DNA from: the human T2T-CHM13v2.0 reference genome, Homo sapiens
DNA length: 64,000 nt
Direction: 5' to 3' (one strand)
NCBI RefSeq assembly: GCF_009914755.1
Contig: NC_060931.1
Position 1 is the stretch's first letter; every line of letters begins with the position of its first letter. Below are positions 46,023 through 64,000 of this stretch, in pieces. The position numbers and the translations under genes were made by a program. The notes under the pieces are model-generated. The model did not search any database, had not been told where the DNA came from, and was given only the letters and a program-made list of their open reading frames with translations.

Positions 46023-47383
46023 TAGTTATTACAACTATTAATTCTTCTCTGTGAAGTAAAAGAAAACATGCTGGTGGTGAAAAACTAGGGAGAAAGTGAA
46101 AGCAGAGAAATAAAAACAATGAAAATAATGAAATCGAGTGTATTATAACTAAAAATATACAGCAATTGAAATAAAAAAGGCACTTAACATATTTCATTTC
46201 AACAATTGAAATAAAAAAGGGCTTAACATAATGCCAATGACATGGGAAAGAGTAAGTGAACTTGTTAGTACAAATTAGCCAACGTGAAGAACAAAGAGAA
46301 AAAGATTGAAAAAAAAATGAACAGAGCTTAAGGAACTCACTGAGTGATAGAAACTACTCTAATATATGTGTAATTGAAGTCCCAAAAAGAGAGCAGACAA
46401 CAAATGGGGCAGAAAAGAAATTTTTGAAGAAACAAGGGTCAAATATTACAAATTTAATGAAAGAAGTAAATTTACAGATTCAAAATGCTTAACAAACACC
46501 AAGTAGAATAAAAATTGAAGCACATAATAGTCAAATAATTGAAAGTCAAATGATGAACAGCAAATATTGAAAGCAGCAAGAAAAAAACCGACTCACTATT
46601 TGATTAATAATAGACTTATTGCTAGAAACTAAGAGGCCAAAGGAGAGTAGAACAATACTTTTTTAATTGCTGAAAAAAGATGTCAACACAAAATGGTATG
46701 TCCAGTACAAAATGTTTCTTAATAAAGGAGAAATAAATTCATAATCAGATAAAAGGAGACTTTGTTGAGTTTGTTGACAGCAAACCTATCCAAACATGTA
46801 CTGCTAAAGGAAGCTCTCAGACTGAAGAGATATTATACCAGATACTCAGATTCTCATAAAGAAATAAAGAGCATTATAAATGATTAGCATCTTGGTAAAC
46901 ATAAAGCAATTTTTCTTTTTTTCTTATAATTTCACCATAATACATATGAGTCTCTAAGGAAAAAACAACAACTTGGTTTTTATATTTGTAATATACGTGA
47001 CTAGTATAAAGATAGTGGCCAAGATGGACCTATACATTGGCAAAGTTGATATATTTTCCCTAAAATGGTACAAATATTAACTGTAAGCAAAGTGTTAAAA
47101 GTTAAAGGGTTATATCGTAATTTTAAATCAATCACTAGAATAAAATTCAAGAAATAAAGCTAAAATACAATAGAAGAATTAGTATGAAATTCCAAAAAGA
47201 GCCAAATAGTATCTCCCCTTCCTCCTCCCCCACCAAATTAAAAACAAACAAAAAAAGGGACAGAAAAGAAGAACAGAGGAACAAGAATAAAAGGAACAAA
47301 ACTTGAAAACAAATAATAAAATGGTAGCCTAATACCAAATCGTATAAATAATTAAGTCAGCATTATCAACTATCTTGATTCAA

Positions 47384-47517
47384 CACATTTATGCCTGAAG
47401 TTGCAGTGTTTGGAATTTTTGCAATCAGACCTTGGCGATGACCTTGAGCAACAGAATATAAATAACTTCCACATACATACTTAGCGTTCCATTATTGGAA
47501 TGCTAAGCATAGATGTG
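47384..47517 (-). mobile_element. MER85 piggyBac (PGBD3-family) MITE
   Basis: catttatgcctgaagttgca...gaatttttgcaatcagaccttggcgatgaccttgagc...cttagcgttcca; matches recalled MER85 reverse complement; degenerate TTAA (tcaa) on the left. Confidence 0.9.
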
Positions 47518-48448
47518 CTCTATAAATTGTGCTCTATAAATTAATATTTATAGAAGATATATATTAAGCATATATATTTAATTTTCTTCCAAAAATGGAA
47601 GAAATTTTCAACAAAATATCCAGGAAAATTCCAAATATTCAAAATTAAACAACATACTTCTAAATAATCTATGTGTCAAAAAATTACAAAATAAATTAGA
47701 AAATGCTTTAAGCTAAATAATAATCAAACTTCATCGTGTACAGATTTTAGGGGTGTAGCTACAGTAGGCTTTAGAGGAAATTGCGTAGCTTAAATGCTTA
47801 CATCTGAAAACATGAAAGATCTAAACTCAATTTTGTACATTTCCATATTAAAATCCAAAAAAACAAAATTAAAAAAAATTATACCCAAGGTATTTTTAAA
47901 AGGAAAAACAATAATAATAAAAAAAAACCCACAGTTGATTATTTGAAAAGTTCAATAAAATCGATGTACCTCTGCCTGATAGATGAGGGGAAAAGGGGGA
48001 GAGAGAGAGAGAGAAAAACTGCAAATTATCATTGTAGGAAATGACAGAGGGGATGTCACTATTGTCACTATAGATCATACAACATAAAAAGGAAAATAAA
48101 GGAGTGTTATGGACAACTTTATGCCAATAAATTTAACAATGGAGATTAAATGGCCAAATTCTTGATAGATACAAAATACCAAAAGTGACCCAGGAAGAAA
48201 TTAAAAAAAAAAAAAACTTGAAAAGCTTTATATATATTAAGTAGGTACAATTTAAAATTAAAAATTTTCTACTAGGAAAACTTCCGGTCCAGATGTCTTA
48301 ACTGATGAATTATGTCATACATTTAAGAAAGAAATGACGCCAATCCTACACACACTCTCTCAGAAGATAGTGACTTTATTTCTCAACTTATTTTATGAGG
48401 CAGGATTACACTGATAAAACCAAATAAGTCACAATAAAACTACCTACA

Positions 48449-49028
48449 TGCTATAATTTAAATGTGTGTGTCCCTCCAAAATTTGTATATTGAAATCTTA
48501 GCTCTCAACGTGATACTATTTGAAGGCAAGGCCTTTGAGAGGTGATTAGGTTGTAAAGATGGAACCCTCATGAATGGAGATCAATGCCCCTATAAAAGAG
48601 GCCCTAGAGAGATCCCTAACCCCTTCTACCATGTGAAGACACAGCAAGAACGTGCTATCTATGAACCAGAAAAGGGGCCCTCACCAGATACCGCATCTGT
48701 CAGTTGTCTGAACCTTGAACTTCCCGGTCTCCAGAACTGTGAGAAAAAAAATATACATTTATATATTTTAACTATATATGTTTTTAACATATATATTTTA
48801 ACTATATATGTTTTTAATGTATATATTTTAATAAATATGTTTTAACATATATTTTAGTAAATATATATTTTAAAATAAATATAAATTATATTTTAAAATA
48901 AATATATATTATATAAATATATCTTTTTAACAAATATATCTTAATAAATATATTTATACATATGTATTTTGTTTGTGAGGTACCCAGTTTAGGGTATTTT
49001 GTTACAGCAGCCCAAAAGGATTAAGGCA
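48449..49028 (+). mobile_element. MLT1A-type MaLR LTR containing an AT-rich expansion
   Basis: tgctataatttaaatgtgtgtgtccctccaaaatt...ccctcaccagatacc...ggattaaggca. Confidence 0.87.
48745..48965. repeat. AT-rich tract with ~3 copies of a 30-bp unit (atatattttaactatatatgtttttaacat)
   Basis: Units start at 48761, 48791 and 48821. Confidence 0.9.
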
Positions 49029-49290
49029 GTATATCTACATACTTCTGTCATAATAGAGATGCTAACCTCCTCCTTACCAAATTTTAGCAAATGTAGTTCA
49101 GCAATATATAAAAGGATGATAAATGTTGACCAAGAAGTGTGTCTACCAGGAATGAAGGTTGGTATAATATCTAAAAAGGAATCAATGCAATTCACAGAAT
49201 CAATAGCATAAAGAAAGAAAAAAGAGGACATTTTAACTGATGCAGAGAAAGTATTTGAAAACATAAAAACTCCCAGAAAACTAGAAATAG

Positions 49291-50443
<1,153 letters not shown>

Positions 50444-50590
50444 AACTAGAAATAGAAGGAAATTTCCTCAACCTGATACAGGGCATTTATGGCGAACTCC
50501 TAGCTAGCAACCTGGTCAGTGATTAATTGCTGGATATTTCCGACCTAAAAGCAAGAGCAAGGTAAGAATGTATATTATTATCATCACTTC

Positions 50591-50741
50591 TTTTTTTTTT
50601 TTTTTAATTATTTTTAGTTTTTGTAGAGACAGGGTCTTGCTCTGTTGCCCAGGCTGGCCTTGAACTCTTGGCCTCAAACAATCCTCCTGCCTTCGTCTCC
50701 TAAAGTACTGGGCCTACAGGCATGAGCCACTGTACTTGACC
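50591..50741 (-). mobile_element. FLAM / left Alu monomer
   Basis: TSD tcatca(c/t)ttc. Confidence 0.85.
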
Positions 50742-52206
50742 TCATCATTTCCATTTAATATTGTACTAGAGGTGTTGATCAGTGTCATAGTTAAGAAAAA
50801 ACTTTAATATTCAGTTTAGAAAGAAAACATTAAATTTGTATTCATAATGATATGACTTATAAAATCCTAAGCAATTTTTTAAAAGTCACTAGAACTAATA
50901 AGTGAATTTATAATGTCCTAGGATAAAAGTTCAATATAAAAAATTAATTGTTTCTATAAACTATTAATGAACAATTAGAAAGTGAAATTGAAATCAATTT
51001 ATAATTAGAACTAAAAAATAAGTAAATTAGCTATGAATAAATTTAATAAAAAGTATACAAGACTTTTACACTGAAAACTTTAAAAAATATTGCTGAGGAA
51101 AATTAAACACCTAAATTACCTAAAGAAATGGAGGTAATTACCTAAATAAATGGAGAAATATATGATGTTAATGTGTTAATTTAAATATTAGTGTGGGGAT
51201 TCTTCCCAAATTAGTCTGTAAATTCAAAATTCTCTGATCAAAGTAACAGTGAAATCTTTAGAAGAAATTTACAAGCTGATTCTAAAATTTATATGGAAAG
51301 TCAAAGGGCTTAGAGTAACAAAAAGAATTTGACTTACATTTTCTCATTTTAATACTTACAAATTTACTGTAATCATGACACTGTAGAACTAGCAAAAGGT
51401 CGACATCAAGATTAATGGAACAAATTAGAGTTAAGAAATAAACCAGACATATATGGCCAATTGATTTTTGACAAAGATAATTTGTCGAAAAGATAATTCA
51501 ATAGTGAATAGCCTTTTCAACAAATGTTGCTAAAAACATTGCGTATCAGTGTGGAAAAATGAACATCAATACCTACCAAACATCATATAAATAAATTAAT
51601 TAAATTTGGGTCATAGACCTTAACATTAAATGTAAAACTATATAATTTCTAGGAGACAAACATAGAAGAACATCTTTATGGCACAGGGTTGGGGAAAAGC
51701 ATGAGAAAGTTGATTAAAGAGGCATCATTAGAAATGAAAACTAATGCTCTTTAAAAGACACATGTAAAAACACACTCACTATGGAAAAAAAAATATTATG
51801 TGTGTGTATATATATAAATAATATATGTCTATTTTTACATATAAGAATATAAAAGGTAAATAATTCTTTTATTTATATAAACACACACAGACACACACAC
51901 CTGACAAAGACCTTGTATTCAAAATAGTAAAAGAACTCTTACAAGATAATAAAACCCAAGAAAAAATATTCAAATGTATTCAAATGATTCAAACAAACAC
52001 TTCACAAAAGAGGACATATGAATGACTAATAAGCCCATGAAAAAATGTCAACCATCATCACTCATTAGGGAAATGCAAATTAAAAGTAACATGATATTCT
52101 GCTACACACTTAGATTCCACACACATTTCCTAGAATGGCTAAGACTGAAAAATACTGACTACACCAAATGTTGGTGAGAATGTGGAGCAACTGGAATAAT
52201 CAATCA

Positions 52207-52598
<392 letters not shown>

Positions 52599-52951
52599 CA
52601 TGCCATGACCAAGTAATCCCATAGGGAAATTAAAGACCTAAATAAATAAAAATGCATGTTAACACAAAACCTTGTTATAAATGTTCACAGCAGCTTTATT
52701 GATGATAGCCAGATATTTGAAACAACCTAAATGTCCACTGACATGTTAATAGATAAATTATTATATTTTAGTGCAATGCAGTAGTACTGAGCAATAAAAA
52801 AGAAAAAATTGATCCACATAATAATAGAAGTTTATGTCATCAACATTATGCTAAATGAGACAAAGTCAATATGGAAATTATCATATACTGTATAGTTCAA
52901 TTTCTATAAAAGGCTAGAAAAGGCAAAACTATAATGACAAAAATCAGACCA

Positions 52952-53866
<915 letters not shown>

Positions 53867-54057
53867 CTGTCAGAGTCCATTCTCAGCAGGACCCTGAACA
53901 GTGTCCCAGATGCCAGTGAAGACCCAAGGAGCTCCTTGGAGATGGGACTGCCATCTCCAAGCTCTGAACACTACTGTCCCAGCTAAGTGTGCAAGAATTT
54001 AAGGGTAGGGGGGCTCTAGGCCCTTCAACAATCTATAATAAAAGTTACAGAAACTGG

Positions 54058-54360
<303 letters not shown>

Positions 54361-55751
54361 GAGTATAATAAAAGAATATGGACTTTCAGTTCTTCCTTTT
54401 CTTAACCATGTGAACTTCAGTGAATTATTTAATCCCTCTGTAATATCTGTCACTCTTATTACTATGAATAATAAGGATTACATGGTGATGAAAGTCATAC
54501 AGAAAGGCACTGGAGACTGGAATCTGTCTCAGGATCATAAGTAATCTTAATTCTAGGCCCCATCATGCACTGTTCTCCACACCTTGGTCATAAATAACTC
54601 AGAGATGAATGAGAGAGCAGTGAGGCTGCTTATACAAATTTTTGTCGCTGCTTGACAGAGGCTAGTGAAATCAATGACCAAACAGAAGCATTTTCTGGAA
54701 ATGATTTGTTTCTTCTTCTTAGTGGACAAACACTATCTAAGGGAAACAAAGCAATTCCAGCCTCATTTTTATTCAGAAGACCTCATGGCTTTGCAAAGCT
54801 TCATTTGAAGAGCTGCAAGTTAAATTGCAACTTGTGTTGATGGAAGATCTGTCTTCCAAAATAATGATGTATGTAAAAGGAGGCATATTGCTCTTCTCCA
54901 GATCTATACACTCTATTCTTCTTCTCAGAGGCACAACGTAACATCGCCGTTTCAACGACAATGTCGATAATTATTTAATTCATGTAGAACACGTAAATAT
55001 TTAATTCATGTAGAACACGCCGCCTTCATTGAGAAACCAGCAGCGAGCCATCCTCGGCCACTACAAACAACACAAGCCTCCTGGGTGCAGGAATACAGCT
55101 GATTGAAGACACGGTAGACGCAGAAGACAACCAGTGGCAGACAAGTAAGGTAGAGCAGAGTTGAATGTCTTGTCACTTGCACGGTGTATTTGTAACTAAC
55201 GCCTTGATGGAATCAATTAGAAAGAGACAAGCTCAAAAAGAAGAGCGAGGGAGTAGGTGCTGTAGGAAGGAAGAAAAGAATGGAAGCATTTTCAGAGAAA
55301 GTCATTTACTTTTTATCTTACGAAGACCAGAAGCTCTCCTTGGCAGCTGGATATGCCTAAGATGAATAAAAATGAGAAAAATAAATTAATACATGACTTT
55401 AATGTACTGTATTTAGGAGATAATTTTTTTAAAGGTATGACTTCCGCAGAAGAAAATAACAGAACATCAGTCTGATGGCATAGAGGATGGGGTAGCACCG
55501 GTGCGGATCTCTGTTCATTTTTAGTTCTGGGACAATGAATCAGAAAACTCAGTTTTTCAATTAAAAAAAAAAAAAGAAATAAGTCTCTGTAGCTTTGTCT
55601 TGCTTCCTTAGGGTCCCATTATTTTCCTGTTCATCCCTAACTTACTTCCAAATGCCCAATATGTCCAGGCCATCTCCAATGATCAAGGGACTCCCTTGCC
55701 GATGGGGTCCCATTTGACTCTTCATTCTACGTACATTTTCCTCTTCCATAG

Positions 55752-56207
<456 letters not shown>

Positions 56208-56704
56208 TAAACACTTCTTATTTACAAAATTCCAGAACCATGGGGAACCTGAAAATGAAATGAAGGCATCATCTCATGAGGAAGGGCTACAGGAAGGACC
56301 ATGGTAAGTGCTCAAGAGGAGAGCTGTGGCTAACACTAAGTGGGCACTGTGTTTCAGGACCATGCTAAGTGCTTATTCACTTAACCCCTCCCATGACACC
56401 ATGAAAGAAGATGGCCATTTAGTTGAAGGTGACACTAAGATGCTCAGAGATGAAGCAAATAACTAGTAGGATAAGGATCTGGTCTCAAATTACTAACTTT
56501 AAGACATATGTTTTTTCCACCTCCTCTTACACAACATAAATTTCAGCTGCAGGAAACTCTACTACCTGGATGAACAGCTTGTTGTGGCCTGAATAGGCAT
56601 GGGCATGGGTTTAAAATATGGATGGAAGTCGTGATCTTCCTTGAAAGAGACTTTCTCCAAAATGTGTTGGTTTACATTTATACCCAAAAGCAATCCTTCT
56701 TAAT

Positions 56705-57068
56705 TGTATTAGTTTATTTTCATATTGCTATGAAGAAATACCTAAGACTGGGTAATTTATAAAGAAAAAGAGATTTAATGAACTCACAGTTCTACATGGC
56801 TGGGGAGGCCTCACAATCATGGCAGAAGGTGAAGAAGGAGCAAAGGCATGACTTACATGGCAGCAGGTAAGAGAGCTTGTGCAGGGGAACTTCCCTTTAT
56901 AAAACCATCCGATCTCGTGAGACTTATTCACTATCACAAGAACAGCACAGGAAAACCCACTCCCATGATAATTACCTCCCACTGGGTCCCTCCCACACAA
57001 CAGATAGGGTTTTATGGGAGCTACAATTCAAGATGAGATTTAGGTGAGGACACAGCCAAACCACATCA
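56705..57068 (-). mobile_element. THE1 (C/D-like) MaLR solo LTR
   Basis: tgtattagt...catggctggggaggcctcacaatcatggcagaagg...gccaaaccacatca; TSD ttaat/ctaat. Confidence 0.92.
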
Positions 57069-57347
57069 CTAATTAATAATAATAGCAACAATAATACCTT
57101 GCATGATCTTTTAAAATATTTTTAAAGTGTGTTTATGATCTCATTTTAAGCACTTAAAATCCTTTTAAGGCAGGAAGGGGGTAATATTATGCCCATGTTA
57201 CTGAGAAAGTAACTGGTGCCCAGACACACAGTGAGTGAGAGGTAAAGAGACAAAATTCAAAGAAGATTTTTCCATTTGGTAGAACAGTGTTTTTAAAGCT
57301 AACCCAAATGCATCTTGGGTAAGAGAAATGTTTAAAATAAAATATTC

Positions 57348-57470
57348 AGGCCAGGTACAGTGACACATGGCTGTAATCCCAGGGCTTTGGGAGGCTGAGG
57401 CAGGAGGATGGTTTGAGCCCAGGAGTGTGAGGCTGCAGTAAGTAATATCATGCCACTGCACTCCGGCCTG
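57348..57470 (+). mobile_element. FRAM/FAM Alu monomer
   Basis: Single-arm Alu-like sequence. Confidence 0.75.
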
Positions 57471-57590
57471 GATTTTATTTCTCCCTAGCTTATGATGAGA
57501 GCAAAGCAATATTCGAGTAAGAAAATAACACTAGATGGTAACTCAAATCCACAGGACCAAACGAAATGAACCAAAAATATAAATATGTAG

Positions 57591-57881
<291 letters not shown>

Positions 57882-60264
57882 TGAACATGATGGGATGCAC
57901 TTACACAAATCTAGATTGTACAGCCTACTACACACTTAGACTAGATAGTATAATTTATTGCTCCTAGACTACAAACCTGTACAGCATATTCCTGTACTGA
58001 ATACTGTAGACAATTGTAACACAATGATATGCATTTGTGTATCTAAACATAGCCATGCATAGAAAAGATACAGTAAAAATATAGTATAAAAGATAAAATA
58101 TTGTACAGCCACATAGAGAACTCACCACAAATGGAGCTTGCAGGACTAGAAGTTGCTCTGGTTGAGTGAGTGAATGAATGATACAAAAATGTGAAGGCCT
58201 AGGACATTACTGCCCACTACTTTAGACTTTACAATCACTGTACACATAGGCTACCCAAAATTTGTAAAAGCTGTTTTCTTCAATAATAAATTAACCTTAG
58301 ATTCCTGTGACTTTTTTACTTTATAAACTTCATAGAATTTTTCTAACTTTTTGACTCTTGTAATAACATTTGTCTTAAAACACAAACTTGTGTGTATAAC
58401 TGTACAAAAATATTTTCTTTCTCTATGTTCTCATTCTGTAAGCTTTTTTCTATTTTAAAAATTATTTTTAAATTTTTAAATATTTTTCCTAAAAATGACA
58501 CAAACACACATATTAACCTGGGATTACAAAGCATAAGATCATCAGTATCACTGTCTTCCATCTTGAAATCTTGTCCCACTGGAGTGACTTTGGGGCAATA
58601 ACAGACATGGAGCTGTCATCTCCTAGGATAACAGTGCCTTCCTCTGGAAACCCTCCTGAAGGACCTACCTGAGGCTCTTCTTGAGAAGGTGTAACTCTTT
58701 CCAGAAATATGTCCAATGTGGTTGGCTTGGTTTGTTTCTTTTTTTCATTATTGATTTACTTCTTGGCAGATAATGCACCACGAACATTCCTCTGTATTAA
58801 TGGAAACCTTTCAATGTTGGCATCCATGTTCTCAAATGTTTTAAGGAGCTCGTTAAGGTCTTCAAAAGCTTCTGCTAAACTCTTCATTGTGAATTTTGTT
58901 TCCTTTTTCTTTTTTTTTCTCTCTTTTCTTTTCTCTTGCCTCTTCTTTATCTACATGTTTCTGTTCCAGTTCTGACAACTCCCCCTTAGTCAATTCCTCA
59001 GGAACCACCCCTAGGAGTTCCTCAATGTCATCCTCATCCACAGAGTTGTTTGCCAACTCAAGGCAACCAGAGCCTTGTATTTGTGCAACCTCCTAATCCT
59101 TGGCAAATCCTTTGAAGTCATGGACAAACCCCTTGAGTGCCTTCTTCTAGATGACATTAAAACACTCCTTGGTGACATCACTCCAAGATCAGGTTCTTGA
59201 TGCAGTCATAAATGTTGTAACCTTTCCAGAATTGCATTGGTATCTTCTCGGTGTCTTTATCATTTGCAGCAATGCCTCAGCAAAAGTCCTCCTCAGGTAA
59301 CAGGTCTTAAAAGTTGGTATAATTATTTGATCCATTGGTTGGGTCAAAGAGATGGTATTTGGAGGGGGAAATACTACTTTGATATTGGGATGAAGATCAC
59401 CAATAAAAGGAGAATGTGCAGGAGCATTGTCAACAACAAGCAAAATCTTGAAAGATATATTATCCTCCAAACCATCTCCATTTCACTGGGTCATCCGTAA
59501 CTCCTTATTGCTCCTGTAGTAGACAGGCAGTGTGTGCTTACTGATATGCTTGAATGTCAATATGCTTGGGGGTCTTACTGTCCCAGATTACAAAATGTTT
59601 CTATTTGTAGCCTGCAACATTGGCCCCAAGCAAGACTGTTATCTTGTCCTAAAAAGCCTTGAAACCTGGCATTGACTTGGCCTCCTTATGGATGAAAGTC
59701 CTTTCAGGCAACTATTTCCAGAACAGAAAGGTTTTATCCATATTGAAGATTTGCTTTGCAAGTAATTTTCCTCCACAATCAGCTTATCTACAGTTTCCAA
59801 AAATTCTTCAGCTGCCTTCACATCAGCACTCTCAGACTTGCCACTCATTTTCACATTATGTAATGGATAATGATTCTTTTAAAATGAACCATTTAAACCA
59901 CTCAGAGTGAGCAGTAAATTCACCATGATAGTCAAGTCCAGCCTTTTCTTTCAACATCACGAACTTTTTGCTTCAGCTGTGATTGTCATGGTGCTGAGAG
60001 GAATACACTTGTGTCTGATCTTCAATTCAAGTTATTAGAAGTTGCTCCATGTCTTATAGGGGCCCTTATTAAGAGTCTTATTGCCTTTAATGAAGCAAAT
60101 CCTTTAACAACTTCCATCATTTTGTTCTTGTTCTTCAAGACTGTAGCTATGGGGGAATGGGACATGGCTGACTGGCAAGCAATCATCATTACTGATTTTC
60201 CATCTTCATAGTCCTTAATCACTTTTAGTTTTGTTTCCAGGTCAATCATTTGATGTGGTTTCTT

Positions 60265-61877
<1,613 letters not shown>

Positions 61878-62318
61878 TAAGATTAAATTATGCACAAGAG
61901 AAAACGATGCAATCAAGAGACATGATAAACAGGAGATGTATGAGGCTGTGGCTACTGCAATATGGCATATTATATAACAGTAAATACTTTTTAATAAGTA
62001 GAAGGAGTACACTCTAAAATAATCATTAGAAGTATTGAATAGTAAATACCTAAACCAGGAATACAGATGTTTATTATCAATATCAAGTATCATGTATTGT
62101 ACAAAAGGGGATGTCCTAGACTTTTATATGACTGGCAGAGCAGTAGGTTTGTTTATACCAGCATCGCCAACAAATACATAAGTAATGCACTGTGCTATGA
62201 TGTTCCAAAGGCTACCATGTCACTAGGTGATAAGAATTTTTCAGTTCCATGATAACCTTATGAATCCACCCTCATATATGCAGTCCATCATTGAAATGTT
62301 ACACTGCACATGGTTGTA

Positions 62319-64000
<1,682 letters not shown>

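Overview
This is primate (hominoid-like) genomic DNA with no recognisable protein-coding exon, so it is intergenic or deep intronic. Most of it is interspersed repeat: about 47 Alu or Alu-monomer pieces, L1/L2/MIR relics, many solo LTRs (MaLR, ERV1, ERVL) and DNA transposons. Main landmarks: (1) a processed RPL21 pseudogene (49291-50443) with a long 3' UTR, interrupted by an Alu and sitting in an old L1M; (2) a near full-length Tigger3/Golem fossil (57620-62316) nested in an L1M, itself hit by a recombined AluY monomer and a young twin-primed L1PA2-like insertion; (3) a MER85 piggyBac MITE; (4) the most unusual item, a MADE1 (Hsmar1 mariner MITE) whose palindrome centre holds a ~300 bp copy of DNA lying ~1 kb upstream. 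Two further short local templated duplications, several fold-back inversions and an 80-nt hairpin suggest repeated templated repair here. Family and subfamily names come from recalled consensus sequences, not a database search. Boundaries are approximate unless a TSD is quoted.
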